64,000 nucleotides of DNA from Gammaproteobacteria bacterium. GTDB lineage: Bacteria > Pseudomonadota > Gammaproteobacteria > Eutrophobiales > Eutrophobiaceae. This document shows, one piece after another, positions 39,269-49,321 of the stretch. Every line of letters begins with the position of its first letter. The stretch's first letter is position 1. The notes under the pieces were generated by a model. It did no database searches and was not told the DNA's origin. It saw only the letters and a list, made by a program, of their open reading frames with translations. The stretch spans positions 224,001-288,000 of the forward strand of contig CBDCTH010000004.1 in NCBI GenBank assembly GCA_965222155.1, given 5' to 3'. The position numbers and the translations under genes were made by a program.

Positions 39269-40108
39269 TTACTCCAAATTTTCTCTGGAGAAATAGTTCT
39301 CTGAAATTCCCGCTTTTTTTGGTGTGGGATATGTCTCTATATCCGGCATCTCATCCTTTTTCAAATATTTCCTTGCATCTTTGGTAAATACGGTAACCAT
39401 GCCACTGGCAGCACATCTAATGCCCACTGGACGAGTTGTAGTCATGTTTTTATTACTTCCTGTGACTCCATGCCAAGGTTCCCCGCGTAATCCCTGCCAT
39501 TGAGCGAGGTAGAACAATGAACCGAATTGGCGAGTCGGTGGAGGTAAGGTGTCAATACCTCCAGGCCAATTTAAACCCGGTAATTCCCCGTTTTCAGCAC
39601 GACCAGCAAGTTCCAGATTTGTTTCTTTTAATTGTAACCCTATTGAGTGACAAATTTTCAGCGTATCTCCTGTGCTTATTTGTTTCCCCGAGAGATAGTT
39701 CTTACTATCCCCGGTAAACACTACAAGCCAACCTGTACGGGTACACATAAGAGGTATTTCCTGTGAGGGCGTTATATCCAGGTCTTTACCCGACAACCCT
39801 TGTAATTGAGCAAGATAGTACAAAGTGCCGTATTTCGCATTCAGCTCTTTATTTTTCTTGATGTCTTTTGCGTGCTTGCTGTTAATATCAATAAATTCGC
39901 TTATGCCACCAGCCCAGTTTAAGGTAGGCAATTGGCCATTCAGTGCTCTGCGGACGACCTCTGGTTTATTTCGGTGCCATTCTCGTCCGTTTTCCCAGCA
40001 GGTAATTAATCCGCCGTCATCACCATTCCAACGTTCATCGTAGGACAGTTCCCCCCGGTTCGGTTCTGAAAATTTTCTAGTGACTCGCTGTAATGCAGGA
40101 AGACTCAT
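39269..40108 (-). CDS. Hypothetical protein made of two tandem copies of an unrecognised domain
   Basis: ALNGQLPTLNWAGGI/AENGELPGLNWPGGI; YGTLYYLAQLQGLSG/FGSLFYLAQWQGLRG; CTRTGWLVVFTGD/CAASGMVTVFTKD. Confidence 0.75.
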   Translation of the reverse strand: MSLPALQRVTRKFSEPNRGELSYDERWNGDDGGLITCWENGREWHRNKPEVVRRALNGQLPTLNWAGGISEFIDINSKHAKDIKKNKELNAKYGTLYYLAQLQGLSGKDLDITPSQEIPLMCTRTGWLVVFTGDSKNYLSGKQISTGDTLKICHSIGLQLKETNLELAGRAENGELPGLNWPGGIDTLPPPTRQFGSLFYLAQWQGLRGEPWHGVTGSNKNMTTTRPVGIRCAASGMVTVFTKDARKYLKKDEMPDIETYPTPKKAGISENYFSRENLE

Positions 40109-40142
40109 ATGACGATATTCTGTGCTTCATTGATCTTTCGGG

Positions 40143-41180
40143 TTATTTCTGCTGTGCTTTCTTTGCTGCCAGGGTTTGTAGGGGAACAGGTGGTTGATGG
40201 TTGGCTACCAGTGAGAGAAAATCCGTCTCGCTGATGATTTTTATATCGTGTCCCCCTGAAATTAACTCTTCAGCTTTAATATGTTTACTGCTTTTTCCCG
40301 AAGATGATTTAATTGCAGAATTTTTTTGAATTCCGCTGACTAAAATTGTTGTTTTCTTGGAAACGGAAGTACTAACCTTACAGCCCATAAATGATGCGTA
40401 AATTGCGGCCTCAGCGCGAGGCATTTGTAATTCTCCTGTGAACACGAGTACCTCTCCGAAATGTTCTCCATCAGGATTACCTTCTCTCCTGAGAGGTTCA
40501 TATGTTTGTCTTTCCCGCTTTTTCCTGTGGAAATTATTTTTCTCGAATATGCGCAGCCAGTATTCTATATCGACATGTTTTTCACGACAGGCTGCAAGTG
40601 TAATCTCTGCCGCAGCTACTGCATCCTCCAATGCATCGTGATGCCTGAATTCATATCCAATGTAATGTGCCACGTTTTTAAGTCCATATCCCCGCTGACC
40701 AAATTTCTCCGCCCATGCACGACGTACTACCTTGGCGCTGTCCAGCCAATAGACTTGTAATTGGTCCTGTCCGTATTTATCCATAGATGTTTCAAAGGCG
40801 CTACGGTCGAAGCTGGTATGTGATACCAGCACCTGACCCCGAAGGCGTTGTCGTAGTTCCTCCCGGACTTCTGGCAAGGTCGGAGACTCTTGAACCTGCT
40901 TTGCTGTGATGCCGTGTATGCCGATATTGAAATCGTCAAATTCATCTTCGGGGTCTACCAATGTACTCCAGCGGTCATTAATCTGGCCATCAACAACATG
41001 AGCTATTCCAATCTGACATATGGTTGAACGATCACTATTAGCAGTTTCAACATCCACGGCATTAAATGTCATCCCGCATCCAGCCACATCTTCCAGGGAC
41101 AACCCCTGTTTGCCTCTGTTTTCACGCAGGTTTGTAATGGTGGTATCAGGGTCATTGAGTTGGAATTTAATGCTAATCAT
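40143..41180 (-). CDS. DEDDh (DnaQ-like) 3'-5' exonuclease with C-terminal BRCT domain (alternative start 41072)
   Basis: VDVETAN, SHTSFD, HHDALEDA, VLVFTGEL-VSKKTTILV. Confidence 0.9.
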   Translation of the reverse strand: MISIKFQLNDPDTTITNLRENRGKQGLSLEDVAGCGMTFNAVDVETANSDRSTICQIGIAHVVDGQINDRWSTLVDPEDEFDDFNIGIHGITAKQVQESPTLPEVREELRQRLRGQVLVSHTSFDRSAFETSMDKYGQDQLQVYWLDSAKVVRRAWAEKFGQRGYGLKNVAHYIGYEFRHHDALEDAVAAAEITLAACREKHVDIEYWLRIFEKNNFHRKKRERQTYEPLRREGNPDGEHFGEVLVFTGELQMPRAEAAIYASFMGCKVSTSVSKKTTILVSGIQKNSAIKSSSGKSSKHIKAEELISGGHDIKIISETDFLSLVANHQPPVPLQTLAAKKAQQK

Positions 41181-41273
41181 TGTAAATATTTCTAATACAT
41201 TTCAATATGTTTGGTGACACTGAAAAATAACATAGCAAATGAATACATTTGTAAATTGCGAAGTTATATAAAA

Positions 41274-41981
41274 TCACATATCAGCATATTGTGCATATGC
41301 ATCTGACTCCAATCTGTTTTTTCTAATTCCTGATCGTGACCAGTGTTGGTCTATTTCCTGAATAAAGGAGGGGCGCACCAGTTTTGCCCTCTTTACCAGC
41401 CAGTTATCACTCTCATATCTGATGCATATACCCTCTGCCGGTTGGTCGCCGAGTTTTGACTTCGCAAGTAACAACTTAATTTCGTCGAGAGTAAAGCGGC
41501 CGCGGGCAAGTAAGGGAACATGTTCAACACCTATTTCCCGCAACAACTCATCGCGCCGATTGACAGCCAGAAAATTATCGGTTTGTTTATCATAAACATC
41601 AAAACCCAGAAACCAGTCAGGCAGCCAGTCGTACTTAACAGAATGCTGGGCATAACACCATTCTCCAAACAGGATATAGCGCTCACTGATTATATCGAAA
41701 AAAGTTTCCGTTCTAGGAGCTAACCAGCCGGCCAGACTTTTCCATTGACCTGAGCCAGGGAGACGCAGGTAGTCGCCTCTGTTTTGAGCGCGAATATTCC
41801 CATCGGAATCAAACGAGATGCCAAGATTAGCTCCATCCACTTTTTCTTCAATAATGAGTTCGTGTTGCAGGAATTCATCACGCTCAGATTTTGACATGAC
41901 CTTATCACCCCTCACTGACATGTCTTCGAGCACCGTCAAGTGAGAGGTGGAGGGATACTTGAAGAAATCAGACGATTTCAT
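41274..41981 (-). CDS. RNA ligase family nucleotidyltransferase
   Basis: KYPSTSHL, motif I EEKVDGAN, LFGEW, FDVYD, EGICIR, RAKLV. Confidence 0.85.
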   Translation of the reverse strand: MKSSDFFKYPSTSHLTVLEDMSVRGDKVMSKSERDEFLQHELIIEEKVDGANLGISFDSDGNIRAQNRGDYLRLPGSGQWKSLAGWLAPRTETFFDIISERYILFGEWCYAQHSVKYDWLPDWFLGFDVYDKQTDNFLAVNRRDELLREIGVEHVPLLARGRFTLDEIKLLLAKSKLGDQPAEGICIRYESDNWLVKRAKLVRPSFIQEIDQHWSRSGIRKNRLESDAYAQYADM

Positions 41982-42517
41982 TGCTTCATCTTTTTTGGAT
42001 ATTTTTCTTTAACATAGTCAGGGCAAAGGAAGCGAACATCAATACCAACTTCTGACAAAGCATCCTTCCAACCCCACCACTTGCTGTCTGTTGCTTGAAA
42101 GATCGGCGGTTTTTGAGTGTCATAATGCGCGTTAGCCACTGCTACGAACTTTCGATCATCTGTATCAAAGTTTTCCAGATCATCATGTTCGGGAAATTCT
42201 TTATACGTGTATTTTAGGCGGTGAATTGAAATGCGTGCGACTTTATCGCGGTACCATTGATAGTCATGGACCCATTTCATAAACTTGTCTCCCAGCCCAG
42301 GCGCTCCCTTATAAGAGAGGTATCTGGAGTATTCTTCAACTATTTCTCCGGTGTCATCAATGACCAAGCCACCATTCTTGCAAACATGGTCAATGACTTT
42401 AACGCAGGCGTTTATACAGTCCAACGAAATACCGTTATTTACATCATAGCTGGTTGCAAGATTGGCAACTTTCGGAACGTTGGTATCAATCACACACTTA
42501 TCAGGGAGATCGTTCAT
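41978..42517 (-). CDS. PIN-like nuclease
   Basis: VIDTNV, EIVEEY, DTDDRKFVAVA and ATDSK acidic PIN pattern. Confidence 0.7.
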   Translation of the reverse strand: MNDLPDKCVIDTNVPKVANLATSYDVNNGISLDCINACVKVIDHVCKNGGLVIDDTGEIVEEYSRYLSYKGAPGLGDKFMKWVHDYQWYRDKVARISIHRLKYTYKEFPEHDDLENFDTDDRKFVAVANAHYDTQKPPIFQATDSKWWGWKDALSEVGIDVRFLCPDYVKEKYPKKMKQ

Positions 42518-43923
42518 TCATCTCCGGTTGCAGCAGCAGATTCCTGTTCCAACCGCCTCTGCACAGCCCATTTTGCCTGTTCCGTAATATCTCCCATCTC
42601 ATCCCCGAAAAAGTGATTCGGCCAATTTCGAATGTTGCCAAAAGGATCAATTTTTAATGGCTCCAGGATTGGTCGTGCGCCGGAGGTATTTGCGAAATAG
42701 GCCGATACTTCGTCCTCTGATATTATTTCCTCGGCGATACGTCGTTGTAGTCGCCTGAGGAAATGTTCAGAATGAGTCTCTATAATCAGTTGAATGTTTC
42801 TGGCTGAATAATTTTCGCGTGATTTTATTACATCAATCATCACATCTGCCAATGCCGATTGAGCTCTGGGATGGAGATGAATCTCCGGTTGCTCCATAAT
42901 GATGATCGAACCGGGTGGAGCATAGAAACACTGCACGAGTACAGGGAGCACTTGGGAAATACCGAAACCGACATCCGGAAGATCCACCCAGTCTGTCGAA
43001 AGCTTGGTCCTGAGCTTCACCTCATACTCCTGTCGTAGTTCAGAAATGGGCTTGATCTCAAATTCATCAATTAATTCCATCTCCTTGAGCTTTAACGCGA
43101 TAATCTCTTCAAGAAACATATTCCACTTATTGGGCCCGGGACTGATTTTGCGCCCTCTAGCCGCTATAATGGCTGCTACAGTATATTCGCCCGTGAATCC
43201 CACACTATCCGGTTTTGTCCCAGACCAAGCATACAGCCGTTCGGCTTTTGTACGTAGTGGGCCGAGATAGTAAAGCGACCGGAACAATCTTTCGTGCTGC
43301 AAGTTCAAATCTTGAACAAAATCAGCATTTTGATAGTAAGCAACTACTTCGTCAGGAAATCCATAAAAGCGAAGGGGGGCGCCCAGAGGCCAAGCGCGAC
43401 CCCTTTTGCGTATCAATATATCCGGGTCAGGCGTAATCTCATATTCTGACTTGGCCTCAGGTGTACGTTTCATTTCAATGATTAAATTGATTTTATCGTT
43501 TTCATGTAACTCGTATTTAAGATTGTTCACAAGCGGTGTCGGTACGCGCTGATTTTTTTCAAGCTCAACTTCGGCTTGAAAATCTAATTCAACTCCAGAA
43601 AATGTATCCCCTGAAATTGGATCTTTGAATCTCAAAGTATCCAATGATGACCATCTGTACTTAAACTCTATTCTTTCTGTTGGGTCACGCCCATATACCA
43701 TCTTCTGGAAAGAACCGAGTTGTACTACTGAGTCTTTTCCGCCCGGATAAAATACGGTTCTTCGGTCAGATGAATCAGCCGTTTGTTTCAACATCATTAG
43801 GAACTGACCTATACTAGATTTACCGGAACTGTTGGCGCCAAAAAACAGAGTAATTGGGGCCAGACGAATATCGCCAGTATCCTTCCAAGCCTTGAAATTT
43901 TGAATTCGTAAACTTTTGAGCAT
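42514..43923 (-). CDS. ABC-type ATPase (AAA_15/AAA_21 with DUF3696-like C-terminus)
   Basis: GANSSGKSS, VGFGISQVLP, MEQPEIHLHP, ETHSEH, GNIRNWP-FFGD. Confidence 0.9.
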   Translation of the reverse strand: MLKSLRIQNFKAWKDTGDIRLAPITLFFGANSSGKSSIGQFLMMLKQTADSSDRRTVFYPGGKDSVVQLGSFQKMVYGRDPTERIEFKYRWSSLDTLRFKDPISGDTFSGVELDFQAEVELEKNQRVPTPLVNNLKYELHENDKINLIIEMKRTPEAKSEYEITPDPDILIRKRGRAWPLGAPLRFYGFPDEVVAYYQNADFVQDLNLQHERLFRSLYYLGPLRTKAERLYAWSGTKPDSVGFTGEYTVAAIIAARGRKISPGPNKWNMFLEEIIALKLKEMELIDEFEIKPISELRQEYEVKLRTKLSTDWVDLPDVGFGISQVLPVLVQCFYAPPGSIIIMEQPEIHLHPRAQSALADVMIDVIKSRENYSARNIQLIIETHSEHFLRRLQRRIAEEIISEDEVSAYFANTSGARPILEPLKIDPFGNIRNWPNHFFGDEMGDITEQAKWAVQRRLEQESAAATGDE

Positions 43924-43954
43924 TTTACTATTCTATAAGTTGTGATAACGGGAC

Positions 43955-44269
43955 CTATAAGTTGCCTGTAGCAATCCAGCGATACTTTACTATGTCAATT
44001 GTATCATCCTCTGAGAAAACGATGCCCTCCGCTTCAAGCAAGATCCGTTGCATGTAATGTCCTTCCGAGCCGCTGCGCAGGCTGATCATGCCCTGGCTGT
44101 TGATGATCCTGTGCCAGGGTATCGCGCTGTCGCCGGACAGGGCCGCCATGGCGTAGCCCACCTGCCGTGCTGAGCATTTCCCCGCCAGCCCGGCTATCTG
44201 GCCGTAAGTGGCAACCTTTCCTTCCGGGACCCGGCGCACCCATTCATAGATTCTGTCATAAACGCTCAT
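43955..44269 (-). CDS. Alkyltransferase-like protein (Atl/YbaZ)
   Basis: GKVATYGQIA, ARQVG, PWHRI (Trp in place of the catalytic Cys). Confidence 0.9.
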   Translation of the reverse strand: MSVYDRIYEWVRRVPEGKVATYGQIAGLAGKCSARQVGYAMAALSGDSAIPWHRIINSQGMISLRSGSEGHYMQRILLEAEGIVFSEDDTIDIVKYRWIATGNL

Positions 44270-44570
44270 TAAACCTGTCTATCCGGGTTACCTGCACCTG
44301 GTAGTCGGCGTACCACTTTGAGCGCCCCAGTTCCTGGGCCGTCCGGTGTTCCGGGTGCGCTTTCCAGGCCTTGACGGCGTCGAGACTTTCCCAGTAGGAA
44401 ATGGTGATCTCGCGCCTTCCTTCCATATTGTGGTATTTGCCGATATAACCGGGCTGTTCCTGAACCAGTTCATTCATCCTTTGCGCCATATCCGCATAAC
44501 CGGTCACGTCGGCAGCCATTTCTGCGGTGAATACCACCGCGTAATAGCTGTCATCCTTATCTCTCATCAT
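44256..44570 (-). CDS. Antibiotic biosynthesis monooxygenase family protein
   Basis: YYAVVF, QPGYIG, ISYWESLDAVKAWK-EH-QELGR-WY. Confidence 0.88.
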   Translation of the reverse strand: MMRDKDDSYYAVVFTAEMAADVTGYADMAQRMNELVQEQPGYIGKYHNMEGRREITISYWESLDAVKAWKAHPEHRTAQELGRSKWYADYQVQVTRIDRFNERL

Positions 44571-46002
44571 CTCGTAACCGGCTTGCCGTTTCCGTAATCA
44601 ACTGCCATGCTTGTTGGACGTGTTCCAGCTCGGTGCGGGTCTGGCCGATGCAGATGCGGATGACAAAGCGTTCGTTCAGCTTCGTATGGGTGAGGAAAAT
44701 ATCGCCGCTTTCGTTGAGTTCATCCATGATCTTCCTGTTCAGTTCATCGCTGCCGCGATGGCGCAGGCAGACCAGGTTGAACGGCGCCGGCGCGACGATT
44801 TCAAAATGTTTATCGGCCTCGATCCACTCAACCAGTTGCCGGGTCAATTCGATATGCCGGCGTATATGGTATTGCAGGCCTTCGACACCGTAATAGCGCA
44901 ATACGAACCAGAGCTTGAGCGCGCGGAAGCGGCGGCCCAGCGGCACCTGCCAGTCACGGTAATCAAACACCGCGCCGCTTTCCGTCGCCTCATTAAGCAG
45001 GTATTCGGGCAGGATGGACAAGGCGTTGATCAACGCGGCCCGGTCGGCCACCCAGAAGCAACTGCAATCGAAATTGGTGAACATCCATTTATGGGGATTG
45101 AAGCAATAACTGTCGGCGTATTCAATGCCGTCATGGAGATAACGGTATTCAGGGCATATTGCCGCCGTGCCCGACATGGCCGCGTCCACATGGAACCACA
45201 GGCCTTCGTCAGCGCAGATCGTGCCGATTGCAGCAATCGGATCGAGCGCGTTGGATGAAGTGGTGCCCAAAGTAGCGCAGACAAAGATGGGGCGCAGCCC
45301 GGCGGCCTTGTCGGCCTTGATCTGCGCAGCCAGTTTGCCTGCGTCCAGGGCAAAGTTCTCATCGACTGCAACCTGGCGCAGGTTGGCGCGCCCCAGGCCG
45401 GCTATGCCCATGGCTTTTTCCAGGGAGGAATGGGTTTGTGTGGAGCAGTATGCGACCTGTTTACCATCACAGCCTTCCCGGTTTGTACGCAGGCCGGAGT
45501 CTCTCTCACGCGCCGCGAGCAGGGCGCACAGGATGGCGCTGGAAGCAGTGTCCTGGATCACGCCGCCGCCGTTACCCTTTGAACGGTACTTGTCCGGCAG
45601 TGCCAACAGGTCTGCCAGCCAGTCCAGCACCCGGGTTTCCAGTTCCGTACAGGCGGGACTGGTCGACCATAACATCCCCTGCACCCCGAGACCGGATGAC
45701 AGCAGGTCGCCCAAAATGGCAGGCCCCGAGGTATTGGCGGGGAAATAGGCATGGAAGTGAGGGGATTGCCAATGGGTGACGCCGGGCAGGATTTTATCCT
45801 CGACATCCCGGATAATTTCCGCAAAATCTTCGCCTTGTACAGGTACGGCACTGGCCAGGGAGTCCCCGATCTCACCGGGTTTTACGGAGGAAAGAATGGG
45901 AAAGCGGTCTACTTTTTCATAGTAATCTGCTATCCAGTCGATCATCTCCTTGCCATGGCGGCGGAAATCTTCCACCGACATGTGATAACTTCGTTCACTC
46001 AT
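44557..46002 (-). CDS. PLP-dependent aromatic L-amino acid decarboxylase (DOPA/tyrosine decarboxylase-like)
   Basis: [42 protein letters not shown]. Confidence 0.92.
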   Translation of the reverse strand: MSERSYHMSVEDFRRHGKEMIDWIADYYEKVDRFPILSSVKPGEIGDSLASAVPVQGEDFAEIIRDVEDKILPGVTHWQSPHFHAYFPANTSGPAILGDLLSSGLGVQGMLWSTSPACTELETRVLDWLADLLALPDKYRSKGNGGGVIQDTASSAILCALLAARERDSGLRTNREGCDGKQVAYCSTQTHSSLEKAMGIAGLGRANLRQVAVDENFALDAGKLAAQIKADKAAGLRPIFVCATLGTTSSNALDPIAAIGTICADEGLWFHVDAAMSGTAAICPEYRYLHDGIEYADSYCFNPHKWMFTNFDCSCFWVADRAALINALSILPEYLLNEATESGAVFDYRDWQVPLGRRFRALKLWFVLRYYGVEGLQYHIRRHIELTRQLVEWIEADKHFEIVAPAPFNLVCLRHRGSDELNRKIMDELNESGDIFLTHTKLNERFVIRICIGQTRTELEHVQQAWQLITETASRLRDDER

Positions 46003-47674
46003 CGGTAACGCAACCGAGCGAGGCTGACTTCACGCTCTTGATATATTTGTACAGGGTGCCGCGCTTCGCCTTGTACTGGGGCATTATCCAGTCTGCCTTG
46101 CGTTGCGCCAGTTCGTCATCGGACAGGTCCACGTTTATCTGGTTGTGTTCGGCATTGATTGTGATTAAATCACCGGTTTTGATCAAGGCAATGGGACCGC
46201 CTTCCTGGGCTTCCGGCACTACGTGGCCGATGATAAACCCGTGGGACCCGCCGGAAAACCGGCCATCGGTGATCATGGCAACGTCATTACCCAGTCCTGC
46301 GCCCATGATGGCGGATGTCGGGGTCAGCATTTCCGGCATCCCCGGCCCGCCCTTGGGACCCTCGTAACGGATCACGACCACGTCGCCTTTTTCAATCCGG
46401 TCCTGTTCCAGCGCCGCCAGCATGTCTTCTTCCGAGTCAAATACCCTGGCTGGGCCGCTGAACACTTCCCCTTCCTTGCCGGTGATCTTCGCCACCGCGC
46501 CGCCGGGCGCCAGGTTGCCCTTCAGGATGCGGATATGGCCGTTGGCCTTGAACGGTTTGTCCAGCGGCCGGAGAATGTCCTGCCCTTCACTCAGTGCCGG
46601 CGCATCAGCCAGGTTTTCAGCGATGGTCTTTCCCGTCACCGTCATGCAATCGCCATCGATCATGCCGTTTTCCAGCAGGAACTTCATCACCGCCGGTACG
46701 CCGCCGACCTTGTGCAGGTCCTGCATCACGTAGCGGCCGCTGGGCTTCAGGTCGGCCAGGTAGGGGGTACGGTCGCTGACTGCCTGGAAGTCATCGATAC
46801 CCAGTGCCACATCCACGGACCGGGCCATGGCGATCAGGTGCATTACCGCGTTGGTGGAGCCGCCGAGCACGGTGACGAGGACCATGGCATTTTCAAAAGC
46901 GGCGCGCGTCATGATATCCCGCGGCTTGAGGTCCAGTTCAAGGAGTTTTTTGACGGCGGCCCCAGCCTGGATGCATTCGTCCAGCTTCTGCGGATCCACT
47001 GCCGGCGTTGACGAACTGTAGGGCAACGACATGCCCAGCGCCTCTATTGCCGAGGCCATGGTGTTGGCCGTGTACATGCCGCTACAGGCGCCGGGACCCG
47101 GACAGGCCGAACGCACGATGGCGTTGCGGTCTCGTTCGTCAATCCGGCCCGAGATGAATTCGCCGTAGCTCTGGAACGCGGAGATGATGTCCACCTTGTT
47201 GCCCTGGTGATAACCCGGCTTGATGGCACCGCCGTAAATCATGAGGGAAGGACGGTTCAGGCGGCCCATGGCCATGATGCAGCCGGGCATGTTCTTGTCA
47301 CACCCCGGGATTGAAACATTGGCGTCGTACCATTGCGCGCACATGATGGTTTCGATGGAATCTGCAATGAGGTCCCGGGATTGCAGGGAAAAACTCATGC
47401 CTTCCGTGCCCATGGATATGGCATCGCTTACGCCGACGGTGTTAAAGCGCATACCAATCAGATCCTGGGCCTCCACCCCTTCCTTGACCCTGGCAGCCAG
47501 GTCCAGCAGGTGCATATTGCAGGTATTTCCTTCGAACCAGACACTGGCAATGCCCACTTGGGGCTTGGCCATGTCCTTTTCGGTCATACCGGTACCGTAG
47601 AGCATGGCCTGTGAGGCGCCCTGTGATTTCTCCTGGGTCACCCTTGCGCTGTAACGGTTTAATTGTTCAGTCAT
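45995..47674 (-). CDS. ilvD: Dihydroxy-acid dehydratase
   Basis: [30 protein letters not shown]. Confidence 0.96.
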   Translation of the reverse strand: MTEQLNRYSARVTQEKSQGASQAMLYGTGMTEKDMAKPQVGIASVWFEGNTCNMHLLDLAARVKEGVEAQDLIGMRFNTVGVSDAISMGTEGMSFSLQSRDLIADSIETIMCAQWYDANVSIPGCDKNMPGCIMAMGRLNRPSLMIYGGAIKPGYHQGNKVDIISAFQSYGEFISGRIDERDRNAIVRSACPGPGACSGMYTANTMASAIEALGMSLPYSSSTPAVDPQKLDECIQAGAAVKKLLELDLKPRDIMTRAAFENAMVLVTVLGGSTNAVMHLIAMARSVDVALGIDDFQAVSDRTPYLADLKPSGRYVMQDLHKVGGVPAVMKFLLENGMIDGDCMTVTGKTIAENLADAPALSEGQDILRPLDKPFKANGHIRILKGNLAPGGAVAKITGKEGEVFSGPARVFDSEEDMLAALEQDRIEKGDVVVIRYEGPKGGPGMPEMLTPTSAIMGAGLGNDVAMITDGRFSGGSHGFIIGHVVPEAQEGGPIALIKTGDLITINAEHNQINVDLSDDELAQRKADWIMPQYKAKRGTLYKYIKSVKSASLGCVTDE

Positions 47675-47866
47675 TATATTTTTCCCATAACTATGAATTG
47701 AATACAGGCATTTTTATCCGGGTCGCTGGCGGTAAAAGTGCCCCCTGCTTTGAATAATGAGTATAGCGGACGGAAAACATCTATTTAGTGTTATCATCTG
47801 AGATAATCCCTGTCCCTGCATGCTTTAAGCAGGGATGCGTAATCTGCGGATAAATTCAAGGCTTAT

Positions 47867-49018
47867 ATGATAACACTACCCGCATTCAAAGAGTCTTTTG
47901 CCGCGCTGGTGGGAGCGCCTTCAGTGAGCAGCATAGACCCGCGCCATGACCAGAGTAATCTTCCCGTGGCGGACCTGCTGGCAAACTGGTTTGCCGACCT
48001 GGGTTTTGCCGTTGAGACGGTGCCGGTCAACAGCAGTGCGGACAAGGCCAACCTGATCGCGAGCCTGGGCGTCGGCGCCGGCGGCCTGGTCTTGTCGGGC
48101 CATACCGATACGGTGCCCTACACCGAGTCCGCCTGGCGCCAGGATCCCTTCAGGTTGACGGAAAGAGACGGGCGCTTTTACGGCCTGGGCACATCGGACA
48201 TGAAGTGTTTTTTCCCTATCGTGATGCAGGTGTTGCTGTCCCTGGACCTGAAAAAGATCAAGCGCCCCCTTATCCTGCTGGCAACCTGCGATGAAGAAAG
48301 CACCATGGCCGGCGCCAAGGCCCTGGTGGATGCAAACAGGGGTCTGGGGCGCTACGCACTCATCGGCGAACCGACGGGTTTAAAACCCGTCATCATGCAC
48401 AAAGGGGTGATGATCGAGACCATTACCCTCAAGGGCAAGGCCGGACATGCCAGTAATCCGTCCCTGGGCAACAATGCCATGGAAGGTATGTATGAAGTCA
48501 TGCAGACCCTGCTCGATTGGCGCAGTCGCCTGCAGCAGGAGTTCTCCAACGGAAACTTCGATGTGCCGGTCCCGACCTTGAACTTTGGCAGTATTCACGG
48601 CGGCGACAGTCCTAACCGGATCTGCGCCGAGTGTGAGCTCAAGATCGACCTCAGGTTATTGCCGCGCATGCACATCGGTGAGGTTCGACAACAGTTGCGC
48701 CGGACGGTGACACAGGCGCTCGCCGGGAGCGGCCTGACCGTGGAGTTCGATGAGGTATTTCCCGGGACGCCCCCCATGGAAACCGATCCTCTGAGTGAGA
48801 TCGTCACCGTGGCGGAGAGACTGACCGGACATGCCGCCGGGCCCGTCAATTTCGGCACGGAAGGGCCGTACCTGAATTCTCTCGGCATGGACACGGTCGT
48901 GCTGGGACCGGGGGATATCGACCAGGCTCACCAGGCCAATGAATATATCGAGCAGAAACGCATTCGGCCCATGCAGGACCTGCTGAAAAAGATGATTACC
49001 CATTTCTGCCTGTCATGA
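47867..49018 (+). CDS. argE: Acetylornithine deacetylase
   Basis: LSGHTDTVP, DMK, DEE, IGEPT, AHQANE. Confidence 0.93.
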   Translation: MITLPAFKESFAALVGAPSVSSIDPRHDQSNLPVADLLANWFADLGFAVETVPVNSSADKANLIASLGVGAGGLVLSGHTDTVPYTESAWRQDPFRLTERDGRFYGLGTSDMKCFFPIVMQVLLSLDLKKIKRPLILLATCDEESTMAGAKALVDANRGLGRYALIGEPTGLKPVIMHKGVMIETITLKGKAGHASNPSLGNNAMEGMYEVMQTLLDWRSRLQQEFSNGNFDVPVPTLNFGSIHGGDSPNRICAECELKIDLRLLPRMHIGEVRQQLRRTVTQALAGSGLTVEFDEVFPGTPPMETDPLSEIVTVAERLTGHAAGPVNFGTEGPYLNSLGMDTVVLGPGDIDQAHQANEYIEQKRIRPMQDLLKKMITHFCLS

Positions 49019-49034
49019 TCTGTCATACCAACCT

Positions 49035-49271
49035 CAGGGCGAACGCACACGTTAGAATCCAGGTTATCTTCGTTCCGGCGCAGGCCGAGTAGTGGCACAT
49101 GGATGTGCCGTCAACGGAGCGTAGGATGCAAATCCAGTCGAAAAAAACGCTTCCTTATGGTAAAAAGTTCGTTTGTTCGCTGGATTCAGGCCTGCGTCGG
49201 CATGGCGGACTGAGTTTTACGGTTGGTTTTCTGTCCTCAGAGGCAGAAGCTGAAAGTATGCGTTTGCCCAG
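49035..49271. mobile_element. MITE/REPIN-like element between argE and argA
   Basis: Imperfect TIRs CAGGGCGAACGCA / TGCGTTTGCCCAG; homologous to 1130-1362. Confidence 0.72.
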
Positions 49272-49321
49272 ATACCAACCTGTCATGACTGGATATTATC
49301 TTTATTTTCTGAGATGAAGGT

